DNA of 27,255 nt from a virus. Its lineage: Duplodnaviria; Caudoviricetes. Shown here piece by piece: positions 1-8,352 of the stretch; position 1 is the first letter of the stretch, and each line of letters starts with the position of its first letter. The position numbers and the translations under genes were made by a program. The DNA lies in the IMG/VR virus record IMGVR_UViG_3300032218_003165, positions 1-27,255 of that record. One strand, given 5' to 3'. The notes below the pieces were generated by a model. It made no database searches, had not been told where the DNA came from, and was given only the letters and a program-made list of their open reading frames with translations.

Positions 1-45
1 ACTACCTGACGATTTTGCTTTATGCGAACCACCCCACCCCCCCCG

Positions 46-342
46 TCAGATACGCCCCTTGCGCCTCTGCTCGCCGATGGTCTTCCTTGAGTGGCAAGAC
101 CTGCACAGGGTCTGCAAGTTGGCGTCGTTGTCTCCCCCGCCGTCATCGAGCGGGATGATGTGGTCGACGCTGGCTTCCGATCCGCTGACGACCAGGCCGC
201 AATCGGTGCAGACGTTGGCGTCTCGGATCAGGATTCTCGCCCGTCTGGCACGCCACTCGGGCGTCAGGTAGTGCCGCTGCTCGCGTGTCGATACTCGCTT
301 CGGCCGGTTCGGCTGCCATCGCGTGAGCTTGTCTGGCATCAT
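46..342 (-). CDS. HNH endonuclease (HK97 gp74-like, terminase-associated)
   Basis: CxxC...VDHIIPL..GG....NLQTLCRSCHSRKT motif; last gene before the expected cos/terminase region. Confidence 0.92.
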   Translation of the reverse strand: MMPDKLTRWQPNRPKRVSTREQRHYLTPEWRARRARILIRDANVCTDCGLVVSGSEASVDHIIPLDDGGGDNDANLQTLCRSCHSRKTIGEQRRKGRI

Positions 343-347
343 TCACC

Positions 348-665
348 TCACGCCATCGGCTCTTGTTGCGGCATCATGGCCACAGCTTCGCCCCACGCGA
401 TCACCTCGACGCTCGCCCCCAGGACGGCTTGATCGGCGTGCTGCCACATCGCGGCCAGGAGCCCGCCGGGCCTCACTTCCGTAAGAACGTCAGCACAAAG
501 CATCAGCCGCCCATCAACCAGCAATGACGGAACCGGAACGCAATTCGGCGAGCCGTATTGAGCATGCAGTTGGCCAAGCCTTGCGGCGAGGGCTGGCGAG
601 AACACAAGCGCCAGCGCTCTTGCGCTCTCAACCGGCAACGGCATTGGTACTTCGGCCAGGAGCAT
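348..665 (-). CDS. hypothetical protein, possible tail fibre assembly chaperone
   Basis: 105 aa, translationally coupled (TGATG) directly after the lectin-like gene; function inferred from position only. Confidence 0.6.
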   Translation of the reverse strand: MLLAEVPMPLPVESARALALVFSPALAARLGQLHAQYGSPNCVPVPSLLVDGRLMLCADVLTEVRPGGLLAAMWQHADQAVLGASVEVIAWGEAVAMMPQQEPMA

Positions 666-1546
666 CAGAGCCCTGCGATGGCGGCGGTCAAAGCAGTCAC
701 TCGTTCGTGGAGAGCCAGCGACGCTGTCATTGAAAGTCCGTCGCCAATCGAAAAGAAATGTAGCCGGGCGGCGGAATGAAACAGCGTGGTGTTATTATCG
801 TTCCGACCGAACACGCTGAACGCTAGCGTTGTCATGCTAGCAGTGTGCACTCCTGCTGTGGCGTATCCGCAAATGACGCCGTTTTGATAAAGTCGTACGT
901 CAACCGTGGAGGTCTTTGATACGCAGAGCGTCCCAGCCGTTATAGCGCTCGCAATTGGGATGTTAGCTGTATTCTGACCAAGTGCCGTTCCGGATCTCGC
1001 TTCACGGAGAGTGCCGGTGGAAAACGTCAGGTCTACTGTCGCAGAATAGTTTCCCTGATACACGCCACACGCAACGTTAAGTGCGCTTGGGCGAGGAAGA
1101 TTCGGTCCGCTGACAAACATATGGTATGAATTGCCGCTGAGCGTGTTGCCTACGAGCGATGTTCGCAAAGATTTGTTTGTTCCGTTGCCCTGAAGACCTG
1201 TTCGACGGTTGTAATCGGCACTTACAAAGTTTGCATTGGTAATCGAGCCGCCGACAAGCGGGACGAGCGCGCCGGAAAGAGTTTTTGCGCCGCTCAAAAT
1301 GCAGGTCGATTTCAAGAGTCTCCAGACATTGTCTTCCTTGAGACCGACAACAAACTGAAGGATTGCGGCCCGCACGCTTTGCTCAAGCTGCACGCCGTCT
1401 GCCGCCTCGACGGCTGCGATGTACGTTTCCGCATCGCGGTCTGATAGCGATAACGATTTTGGCGTCGGCACCGGCGTCGGCTTGCCGAGCAGCCCTCGCG
1501 GCATCTGCGCAAACTGCGACGAGAGTGGTCGAATGCCGTCGTTCAT
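665..1546 (-). CDS. putative receptor-binding / concanavalin-A(LamG)-like beta-sandwich virion protein
   Basis: Start re-called to MNDGIRP at 1546 (TGATG overlap). N-terminal DAETYIAAVEAADG..LE segment, then a S/T/G/N-rich beta region with VRLYQNG and FFSIGDGLS; visibly lower GC than flanks. Confidence 0.6.
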   Translation of the reverse strand: MNDGIRPLSSQFAQMPRGLLGKPTPVPTPKSLSLSDRDAETYIAAVEAADGVQLEQSVRAAILQFVVGLKEDNVWRLLKSTCILSGAKTLSGALVPLVGGSITNANFVSADYNRRTGLQGNGTNKSLRTSLVGNTLSGNSYHMFVSGPNLPRPSALNVACGVYQGNYSATVDLTFSTGTLREARSGTALGQNTANIPIASAITAGTLCVSKTSTVDVRLYQNGVICGYATAGVHTASMTTLAFSVFGRNDNNTTLFHSAARLHFFSIGDGLSMTASLALHERVTALTAAIAGL

Positions 1547-1932
1547 CAGAGGTCGGCACCAAACGCCGTAACGTGCGTTGCCTGAGCGACGCTCGTCGTG
1601 ACGCGAATTGACCATGAAGACGAAGGCAGAACAAGGTTTGAATAGGTCGTGCTAACGCGCGTCTGTAGAACTGTCGATGAGCCTGTCGCGGCGGCGATTG
1701 TGTATTCGTCGAAAAGGTAGTACGTCGTGCCGTCGTAGAGGAAAATCCTGACGATAGCTGCGGCCGAGGTCGCGGCGCACTTCACAACGATCTCAGCGAT
1801 CCTTGTGCCAGCCGCCACGCCAGTGATGAGCGTGCCGAAGTTCGTTGGCGCGGTGTAAGACGCCTCGGCGGTGGAAACGCTTACGGAACCGATGCGAGGC
1901 GTGACGGCATACGCGGCTTGATTGATTGCCAT
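1546..1932 (-). CDS. small beta-rich virion / tail fibre-associated protein
   Basis: Start re-called to MAINQAAY at 1932 (TAATG overlap); T/S/A/V-rich, alternating beta-strand pattern. Confidence 0.65.
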   Translation of the reverse strand: MAINQAAYAVTPRIGSVSVSTAEASYTAPTNFGTLITGVAAGTRIAEIVVKCAATSAAAIVRIFLYDGTTYYLFDEYTIAAATGSSTVLQTRVSTTYSNLVLPSSSWSIRVTTSVAQATHVTAFGADL

Positions 1933-3083
1933 TAGCGCGCGGAACTCCATTGGGAAAGAGTCAGGATTGAATTGACGCGGTCTGACAAGCGAGCGTCAGC
2001 GAGCGTGCCGGTGAGGTCTGAGGCGCTGCCGCTTGTCGCAGCGGCAGCGAGGCCGCTGACAGCAGACGCGGAGATCGACGCGGCCGTCGTGAGGACTCCG
2101 CTCGTCGTTGTCACCACGATCTGGCCGCTGGTCGAGCCGATGGCTCCAGCGTTGGTGATGTTGCCGTGAGTGTGCGTCGATGTCGCGGCGTCGGTGATCC
2201 CGTACCCGGTGAGCGTGGTCGGGGTGCTCGTGATCGTGGAAAACGCCTGCGTATGCGCCGTTGGCGTCCTCGCATCCGAAAGCCGAGCGTCGTTGCCGAC
2301 GCATGCCGTGCTCGAGCTCGTGCCGTAGCTCACCGAGATCGTTCCGCTGCTCACCGCCAGCCCGGTGCCGACGATCACGCCTCCAAGGGCCGAAACGGTC
2401 GCTGCCGGGAGCGTGTAGGTGCCTGCGGCGGTCACGACGCCGGATCCGTCGATCGACAGCCCGGAGCCGATCTTCACGCCGCCCAGAACGGAGGCCGTGG
2501 CCGTGGGGAGCGAGTAGGCTGCAGGAGCCCCTGAGAGATCGGCGTATGCCCCGGTCGTGGCAACGGTGGCGAGCCCCGTGATGGTCCCGACTGCCTGCGT
2601 GCCGGTGTGGTTTGCCCGCTGGATCGCGTGAGCCTGCACGGCGGCGTTGGCAGCCGCCTGAGCGGTGCTGACCGGCTTGGATGCGTCAGCCACGTTGTCC
2701 ACGGCAGAGAGCCCCACCATCGCCTTCGTAACGCCTGAGACGGTGCCGGTGAACGTCGGGCTCGCCAGCGGGGCTTTCGCGTCCAGAGCCGCCTGGAGGC
2801 CGGTCGTGTCGGCAATCGCGTGCGAGTGGGCCGACGGGGCGAACGTCGCCGGCTTTCCGGTGATGTCGGCCCAGGCGACAGCCCCGGCGGCTGTGACCGT
2901 CAGGGTGATCGTCGAGCCTGCCACGGCCCACGTCCCGCCGACTGCGGCGAGCGTCAGAGCCCCGGCGAGCCCCTGGAGCGTTGCCACGCCACCGGCCCCG
3001 GCGGGGCCGGCCGGGCCGACGCCTCCGCTGACGGTGACGTTGATCGCTGCGGCCGGCGTCAGTGACACATCGAAGTCGCTCAT
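1932..3083 (-). CDS. tail fibre protein
   Basis: G/A/T/S-rich with typical fibre motifs WADITGKP..FAPSAHSH, KAPLASPTFTG, RANHTGTQ, two YxLPxAT..LGGV.vG.GL repeats and HTHGNIT. Confidence 0.85.
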   Translation of the reverse strand: MSDFDVSLTPAAAINVTVSGGVGPAGPAGAGGVATLQGLAGALTLAAVGGTWAVAGSTITLTVTAAGAVAWADITGKPATFAPSAHSHAIADTTGLQAALDAKAPLASPTFTGTVSGVTKAMVGLSAVDNVADASKPVSTAQAAANAAVQAHAIQRANHTGTQAVGTITGLATVATTGAYADLSGAPAAYSLPTATASVLGGVKIGSGLSIDGSGVVTAAGTYTLPAATVSALGGVIVGTGLAVSSGTISVSYGTSSSTACVGNDARLSDARTPTAHTQAFSTITSTPTTLTGYGITDAATSTHTHGNITNAGAIGSTSGQIVVTTTSGVLTTAASISASAVSGLAAAATSGSASDLTGTLADARLSDRVNSILTLSQWSSAR

Positions 3084-3400
3084 GCCTTCACCTCGACGAG
3101 CCCTTCGGAAGCCCTCCGGATCACGCCGCCAGGGGCGGTCGCGGTGAGCCTCAGGCGGTAGGTGCCGGGAGCGATCAGGGCCGTCTGCGTGTCCGAGAGC
3201 GACACGGAGACCTGACCGAGTGCGGCGCTGATGACTGTGACCGTCGGCGTGACGATCACCGAGTCGTTAACGACCGAGAGAATCGACGCCGCCCACGTGT
3301 AGCTCGTGGTGGCGATGTCGAAATCGAACGTCGCGCCCCAGTCGTCACCGCGGACGAAGGACACGGACGCGATTCCGGGCAGTTGGGTAGCGAGTGCCAT
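3080..3400 (-). CDS. Ig-like (BppU-N-like) fibre anchor / virion protein
   Basis: 106 aa with RGDDW...LS..QT..I.PGTY.LRL pattern; ATGA overlap with the fibre gene. Confidence 0.65.
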   Translation of the reverse strand: MALATQLPGIASVSFVRGDDWGATFDFDIATTSYTWAASILSVVNDSVIVTPTVTVISAALGQVSVSLSDTQTALIAPGTYRLRLTATAPGGVIRRASEGLVEVKA

Positions 3401-3406
3401 GCTTCG

Positions 3407-3438
3407 ACCCTATTCAGGCGAGCCCGTTCCTGTGAAAT
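3407..3438 (-). promoter_or_regulatory. putative late promoter ATTTCACAG-N17-TAGGGT, probably leaderless
   Basis: Same 9-mer and spacing as at 25853-25884 and 22990-23021; ATG at 3400 lies 6 nt after the -10-like hexamer. Confidence 0.7.
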
Positions 3439-3820
3439 CGCCTGACTCCGCCGGGCTCATCACCTCGACTTCGTACGGGAGCCGTTTGCCGATCGCCCTG
3501 GCCCAGCGTTCTTCCGTCCATGTCTCCCGCAGCTCGGCAGCTCGAGCAGCGACCCAGGGAGCGAGAGCCAGCGAGGACGCGGATGCCTGCTCCTCGTCGC
3601 CGGTCGGCTCGACCCAGGCTTCGTCGCCGCGCGGCCTGCCGGCTCGGAGCCGGATACCGCCGAGCTGGTCCCGCAGACGCTGCGTCAGGACGTAGGGCGT
3701 AACGCCAGCAGCCGCGGCCACGTCGTCCCGAGTCGCGCCGGCGGCGATCTCCCGCAGGACGATCGCCACCTGGGCGGGAGTCAGCACCTGCTTCGTGGAT
3801 TCCGGCCGCGGTGTGACCAC
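3410..3820 (-). CDS. HTH DNA-binding protein, candidate late transcription regulator
   Basis: GATRDDVAAAAGVTPYVLTQRLR HTH; sits after rusA and before late genes, the position of Q-like regulators. Confidence 0.65.
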   Translation of the reverse strand: MVTPRPESTKQVLTPAQVAIVLREIAAGATRDDVAAAAGVTPYVLTQRLRDQLGGIRLRAGRPRGDEAWVEPTGDEEQASASSLALAPWVAARAAELRETWTEERWARAIGKRLPYEVEVMSPAESGDFTGTGSPE

Positions 3821-4234
3821 TCACAGCCTCCTCACCGCAATGACGGTGTGGGCCAGCTCGCCGGCCGCGGCGTAGCGCTTGGAGAGAACCCACCGGACAA
3901 CGTGCGTGTCCTCGGAGAACAGCGAGTCGGCGACACCCTTGGCGATGTTGTCACAGTCGCCGCATGAGTGCCCCGGATACTCCGGTGCCTTTTCCGTCAG
4001 CCCTGACTTCCGGAAGTGCGACTTCGGGCGAACGAAGACGGCCTCGACCGTCAGTTCGCACCAGCCGACAGACGGCGGCACTTGGGCCGCCTTGCCAAGC
4101 ATGGCCACCGCCTGGCGGTAGGCGTGGATCGGATGGGCGGAAGGCGTGTAGGCGCGGGCAAATCCGTTGCGAGCGGAGATCCGCTGCCGCGGCTGCGGCA
4201 CCGGCGTGCCAGGAACAGTAAAAGTCCACTCCAT
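3821..4234 (-). CDS. rusA: RusA-family Holliday junction resolvase
   Basis: PG.PVPQPRQR N-terminus, F.RPKSH, catalytic DCDNIAKGVADSL and EDTHVV. Confidence 0.9.
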   Translation of the reverse strand: MEWTFTVPGTPVPQPRQRISARNGFARAYTPSAHPIHAYRQAVAMLGKAAQVPPSVGWCELTVEAVFVRPKSHFRKSGLTEKAPEYPGHSCGDCDNIAKGVADSLFSEDTHVVRWVLSKRYAAAGELAHTVIAVRRL

Positions 4235-4261
4235 GCCGACCCCTCCTTGGGACGGCGGCGG

Positions 4262-4289
4262 AATGTAACACGTCGGGCAGCATCGACAA
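4262..4289 (-). promoter_or_regulatory. putative sigma70-like promoter for rusA
   Basis: TTGTCG-N16-TACATT in the intergenic gap. Confidence 0.4.
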
Positions 4290-4303
4290 CCGGATGGGCG
4301 GAG

Positions 4304-5446
4304 TTACTCCCCCTCCGGCCCCGGCGGCAGCGAGCGTGCGAGGAGCTGCTTCAGCACGCGAGCGATGAAGACGCATTCACTGTCGCCGTGGTCGTCGTCG
4401 TCGAAGTAATCGCGGGCCGCGTTCACAGCTTCCAGCTCCTCATCCGTCAGCCACCCGCACAGCTGCGGAGGTTGGCGGTAGAGGGGGACGACGGTGGATG
4501 ATAGCCACACCTCAGACGCTTTTTTCGCTTCGCGTTCATTCAGCCGCGCCGTGACAACGCTGCCAGACTGGACAACGCCCCACGCCACCGGCTCTTGCTC
4601 CCCGCCGCCGCTCGCGGCCTGCGCGGCGTGATTCGATACGCCGTCATCGTTCGCGCGTGGTGCGAGTTTCGCCTCCAGTTCGGCCACGCGGGCGCGAAGA
4701 CTGTCAGCCTCTGCCACAGCGGAAGCGAAACGGTCGGCCGTGAGCGACTGCGTGATTCTCGCGGCCTCAAGTTCAGCCACGCGGGCCTGGAGCTTGTCAG
4801 TCGCCTCAATGTAGCCGTCCATCGTTCCCGTGGAACCGCAGCCTTCACACGGCAGATTGATCCACTCACCGCTTGCGTCCATGCAACCTGAATCGTGGTG
4901 CCCTTCTCCGTTGCACTCAGGGCAGTGGTTCAGTTTGTCTTGCAACTCCTCCCGCTCGCGGATCGCGGCGTCACGCTCGGCGGTGAGCGCCGTGATGTAC
5001 TCGTCGTCCGTTGTGCTACACGGTCCACCAATCCAATCCTTATCGCGGCACTTCAAACACCGCTCCCCGTCGCGGTCCCATCGGTGCCGAAGATCCGAAG
5101 ACTCCCGCTCCGCGTCGCTGACGACGCGGACGGATTCGCCTTTCTGCGGCTCGATCCAAAGGCGATTGTCCCACCATCGCTGATCGTTGACTGAGGCAAT
5201 AGCACCGTGGACAACCTCAAGCGTGACCCGCTCCGTCCGCAGTCCGCTTTGCCCCTCGCCCGTTTCGCTCACCGTCGATGAGCGTTGCGCGGCGTCGGCA
5301 AAGGGGCGGGCAATCGCCTCTTCCAGCGTCGGCAGCGAGCCGCTCCTTCCGTCCTCGGCCGCTCGGACGGCGGCGTCTCTCGACGGGTCTGAACACCATG
5401 GGTGAATCGTCACGTTGACGCTGCATCGTGCTTCGTCCGGCATCAC
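4304..5446 (-). CDS. modular Ead/Ea22-like accessory protein with coiled coils and a zinc finger
   Basis: AERDAAIRE, duplicated L.ARVAELEA, CPECNGEG/CEGCGSTG, EPVAW...VVPLY modules. Confidence 0.65.
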   Translation of the reverse strand: MMPDEARCSVNVTIHPWCSDPSRDAAVRAAEDGRSGSLPTLEEAIARPFADAAQRSSTVSETGEGQSGLRTERVTLEVVHGAIASVNDQRWWDNRLWIEPQKGESVRVVSDAERESSDLRHRWDRDGERCLKCRDKDWIGGPCSTTDDEYITALTAERDAAIREREELQDKLNHCPECNGEGHHDSGCMDASGEWINLPCEGCGSTGTMDGYIEATDKLQARVAELEAARITQSLTADRFASAVAEADSLRARVAELEAKLAPRANDDGVSNHAAQAASGGGEQEPVAWGVVQSGSVVTARLNEREAKKASEVWLSSTVVPLYRQPPQLCGWLTDEELEAVNAARDYFDDDDHGDSECVFIARVLKQLLARSLPPGPEGE

Positions 5447-5727
5447 TGCACCTCTGCTTTCGGCTTTTCCTGAATCGCCGTGTAAGGGCCCTCAATCACA
5501 ACCCTCCGTCCGTCGGACCGCTTAAATCTCTGCCAGCCGTGCCCGCCTCCGTCGAACGTCACTCCGGTGATCGTCTGACCTTGCGGAGTGGTGACGGTGA
5601 AGATGCGAGGGTTTGCGGCGTTAAATGCTTCCTGCCTGTAGGCAGCGACGACCCCCGACAACATCACTGCGAAAAGCAGCACAATGGCTCCAGTCATGAG
5701 CCAATCGATCAGCTTGATGTTCCGCAT
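5443..5727 (-). CDS. small membrane-anchored hypothetical protein
   Basis: Start MRNIKL with GGAGGG RBS; single N-terminal hydrophobic helix. Confidence 0.65.
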   Translation of the reverse strand: MRNIKLIDWLMTGAIVLLFAVMLSGVVAAYRQEAFNAANPRIFTVTTPQGQTITGVTFDGGGHGWQRFKRSDGRRVVIEGPYTAIQEKPKAEVQ

Positions 5728-5804
5728 CACTCCACCCTCCCGCGGCGCTGCCGCCTTGAATAACGCCATTCGGTAAGAAAGTCTGGTGCCGATTTCTTAA
5801 ACAA

Positions 5805-5877
5805 TGGGGGAGGCCGGACTCGAACCGGCGACCTTCGGATTATGAGCCCGACGAGCTACCAACTGCTCCACTCCCCG
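5805..5877 (-). tRNA. tRNA-Met (CAT), initiator-type; CCA not encoded
   Basis: Full cloverleaf CGGGGAG-TG-GAGC-AGTTGGTA-GCTC-G-TCGGG-CTCATAA-TCCGA-AGGTC-GCCGG-TTCGAGT-CCGGC-CTCCCCC-A; C1xC72 mismatch and A11-U24. Confidence 0.95.
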
Positions 5878-5882
5878 CCTAG

Positions 5883-5947
5883 GACGCGATGAGGGAATCG
5901 AACCCTCGTTTTCCCATTGGGAGTCCTACCACTGGATGAATCGCGTC
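5883..5947 (-). ncRNA. tRNA-like RNA with collapsed anticodon arm (tRNA mimic or pseudo-tRNA)
   Basis: 8-bp acceptor GACGCGAT/ATCGCGTC, D-arm ATCC-AGTGGTA-GGAC, T-arm GAGGG-TTCGATT-CCCTC; anticodon arm is only TCCC-AAT-GGGA. Confidence 0.8.
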
Positions 5948-5996
5948 TTTGCCGCCAGCGTTCCTTCGCCAATGGCGAACTGGCGGGCTTTGTTTG

Positions 5997-6356
5997 TCAG
6001 CGGAGCGAATAGCGCCTCACGGCATACCAGCGGCCATCGCGCCCCTGAGCCGTTCCCTCCTCAAGCACCGCCCCGCCGTTGTTGCAACACGACGCCAACG
6101 CCGCGGCCGGACTGCCGCCGACGCCGACGCCCTCGTAGGTCGCGCCGTGGCTGGCGGCGTGGACCAGAGAGCCCGACGAGGCCATCGCCTCGGCATGGCC
6201 CTGAGCCCCGCGGCTCACCGTCCAAGTGCTCGCCGAGGAGCAGTTGCCGCCGGTGCAGATCGACGCCCTGGTCGTCGTCACCCGCCGCGAGAACGGGCCG
6301 GCGTGGGCCGACGCCGAAAGAAGAGCCACCGCCACCACTGCCATGAGAAAACGCAT
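5997..6356 (-). CDS. secreted protein with minimal CAP/SCP-like domain
   Basis: Start re-called to MRFLMAVV at 6356 (GGAGGT RBS); signal peptide ending AHA; AQGHAEAMA...H...YEGVGVG resembles the CAP signature. Confidence 0.7.
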   Translation of the reverse strand: MRFLMAVVAVALLSASAHAGPFSRRVTTTRASICTGGNCSSASTWTVSRGAQGHAEAMASSGSLVHAASHGATYEGVGVGGSPAAALASCCNNGGAVLEEGTAQGRDGRWYAVRRYSLR

Positions 6357-6400
6357 ATCCACCTCCGTGAGAAAGTCATCGATCCATCGATCCCCAAACA

Positions 6401-6667
6401 CTAACACGACCCGGACTTGTCTCCGGCGGCCTCGAGCAGAGCGCGGAGCCGGCGGATCTCCTCGGCGGCTTCGCAGCAGAGATCCTCGACGGTTGGGCAC
6501 CCGTAGTCGCCGCTGACGGTCTCCAGCCGTTCCACGATGTCCGGCTCCTGCGGTGCCGGCAGCCTCGCCAGCGGCTTGCCGTTCGTCGGCACGTGGCCGG
6601 CACAGAAGTGCCGGCCGTCGGCGTCTCGCCAGCGGGCCGGGGCGGGGCAGCGGGTGCAGGTGTTCAT
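6401..6667 (-). CDS. small zinc-finger hypothetical protein
   Basis: CTRC...FCAGH; C-terminal DIVERL...EAAEEIRRLR phage motif; ATGA overlap. Confidence 0.7.
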   Translation of the reverse strand: MNTCTRCPAPARWRDADGRHFCAGHVPTNGKPLARLPAPQEPDIVERLETVSGDYGCPTVEDLCCEAAEEIRRLRALLEAAGDKSGSC

Positions 6668-7515
6668 TTCGACTCCTTCGTGAGTGATTCCAAGAGCTTC
6701 CGCTTCGTCGCCTCAAACCGCTGGGCGTCGTCGCCCGTCCAGACCGCCGGCGGGGCCTTCTCCGGCTCCCTGCCGCCCCGCTTGGCCTTGGCGGCGTCGT
6801 ACTGCCCGCCGAGGCACAGCGTGACGAACTTCGGCCCCACGAACTGCGGCAGCGTCACCGGATCGGAAAAGAACTTGCACCGCGGCAGCCGTGCCACCGC
6901 TTCCCGAGCCTGCTCGAGCCAGCCCGGCTCGGCCAACCGTTCCGACCAGCCGTCCGGCGGTGCCCCAGGCTTCCACGCGCGGCCCGTGCCGGCGTTCCAC
7001 AGCGTGCGGAACGCCAGCCATCCGCCGTCGGTGGCTTCCGGTTCCACTTGCGCAGCTTCTCGCGGAGGAGGAGGAACTTCTCCTGTATCTCCTCTATCTC
7101 CTCTCCCGCGCTTGAGCGCCGGAGCTTCCGGCGCTTGAGCGCCGGGACTGCCGGCGCGTCGGCGTTTGTCCTCGTACGACGTTGCCCGGTCGGCCTGCTG
7201 GAGCCTCGACTTGGCCGCCTGGCTGAACCGGCGATCCCATCCGGGGATAGCAACGGTGGCGTCCGTCTCGTCGATTTCCAGCCACCCAACGGCGGCCACG
7301 TGATACCAAAAGGCTTGATCCTGGCCGCACGTCCGCACGAGCCGCGGAATGGTCATCCGTGCCCGGCCGTTAGCCGTGTTCATCGCCGCCCAGCCCCACA
7401 GCCGCAGCAGCGAGAAGACGATCTCCTCGACCGGCCGCCCGGTCGTGTCGATCAGCTCCTGCACCTCCGGCTTGTCAGGCAGGCCGATGTCGTAGGCAAT
7501 CCACTCACCAGCCAC
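6664..7515 (-). CDS. putative replication initiation protein (N-terminal winged HTH)
   Basis: MAGEWI...LPDKPEV...LLRLWGWA...VGWLE...IPGWDRRFSQAAKSR pattern typical of phage replisome organisers. Confidence 0.7.
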   Translation of the reverse strand: MAGEWIAYDIGLPDKPEVQELIDTTGRPVEEIVFSLLRLWGWAAMNTANGRARMTIPRLVRTCGQDQAFWYHVAAVGWLEIDETDATVAIPGWDRRFSQAAKSRLQQADRATSYEDKRRRAGSPGAQAPEAPALKRGRGDRGDTGEVPPPPREAAQVEPEATDGGWLAFRTLWNAGTGRAWKPGAPPDGWSERLAEPGWLEQAREAVARLPRCKFFSDPVTLPQFVGPKFVTLCLGGQYDAAKAKRGGREPEKAPPAVWTGDDAQRFEATKRKLLESLTKESK

Positions 7516-7765
7516 TCGCCACCTCCTCCCCGTCGTCCTCGAGCTCCACGTCGTCCGCCGCCGCCGGCGTCGCGTCCCACAGCTCCTGTAGCTTCCGCCG
7601 TTCCTCCGCCAACGCCTTCCGCCTCGTCGCCAACTCCTTCAGCAGCTCGAACGCCGCCACCGCCCCCAGCTCCTCGTTGCGGTCGAGGATCTGCTTCTTG
7701 ATGCCGTCCAGCTCGTGGGCCTGGGCGATGGCGATGAGGGCGGAGAAGTCGGAGGGGAGGGTCAT
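7505..7765 (-). CDS. hypothetical coiled-coil protein
   Basis: Start MTLPSDF at 7765 (ATGA overlap); helical with acidic tail. Confidence 0.65.
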   Translation of the reverse strand: MTLPSDFSALIAIAQAHELDGIKKQILDRNEELGAVAAFELLKELATRRKALAEERRKLQELWDATPAAADDVELEDDGEEVASGW

Positions 7766-8316
7766 ACGACCGACCCTTGGCTTCCGAACTCTTGCTCGAT
7801 CGCCTTCCACACGACCGACCGCGGGACGAAAACACACTCGCTTTGCCAAGTCGAAGCACCGCTACGGCTGTACTGCTTTTTCGGTTCGTAGGCGAGACAC
7901 CACGATTCCACGTTCCGGCGGAAGGTGTGACACAGCATCGGAAACGACATGAGGCAAAACCGCCCGGTGTCCTTCCAAAGCCAAACCACGAAGTCACACC
8001 GCTTCGTCTCGTCAAGAGTCCAGCCAATCTTCTTGCCAATGACAGACCACGTTTCCAACGCAAGGTCGTCGTAGCCACGTTTGGAATAGTCCATCTCGCG
8101 GACCTTAGCATCGACGGCAAGCCGATCTCCGCAAACCGTGTCTACCCACCAATCGATGCCTTGCTTGTCCTCTTCGGTAGAAGACTTGTTGACTTCCTTT
8201 GCTCCGGGAATCATCCGCTTGAGCACCTCCGAAATGTCGCACGTAGCAACGACGCCGTTAGACATCGCCATGCGTTCGCCGAAAGAAAACTGACACTGCG
8301 TCAACTGCGTGTTCAT
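7762..8316 (-). CDS. PD-(D/E)XK restriction-endonuclease-like protein
   Basis: EDKQGIDWWV...LAVDAKVR...DLALE fits the ID-Xn-DxK active-site pattern; GGAGG RBS before ATG at 8316. Confidence 0.7.
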   Translation of the reverse strand: MNTQLTQCQFSFGERMAMSNGVVATCDISEVLKRMIPGAKEVNKSSTEEDKQGIDWWVDTVCGDRLAVDAKVREMDYSKRGYDDLALETWSVIGKKIGWTLDETKRCDFVVWLWKDTGRFCLMSFPMLCHTFRRNVESWCLAYEPKKQYSRSGASTWQSECVFVPRSVVWKAIEQEFGSQGSVV

Positions 8317-8352
8317 CAACCAGCCTCCATGCGACCCTGTTATCAGCCAAAA

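Noticed and set aside
1-45. G-rich run after the HNH stop as a possible cos neighbourhood
   Set aside because: Position is suggestive, but no cohesive-end sequence can be identified and terminase genes are outside the window
5774-5799. Inverted repeat TAAGAAA/TTTCTTA downstream of tRNA-Met
   Set aside because: Weak AT-rich stem without a U-tract; not a convincing terminator
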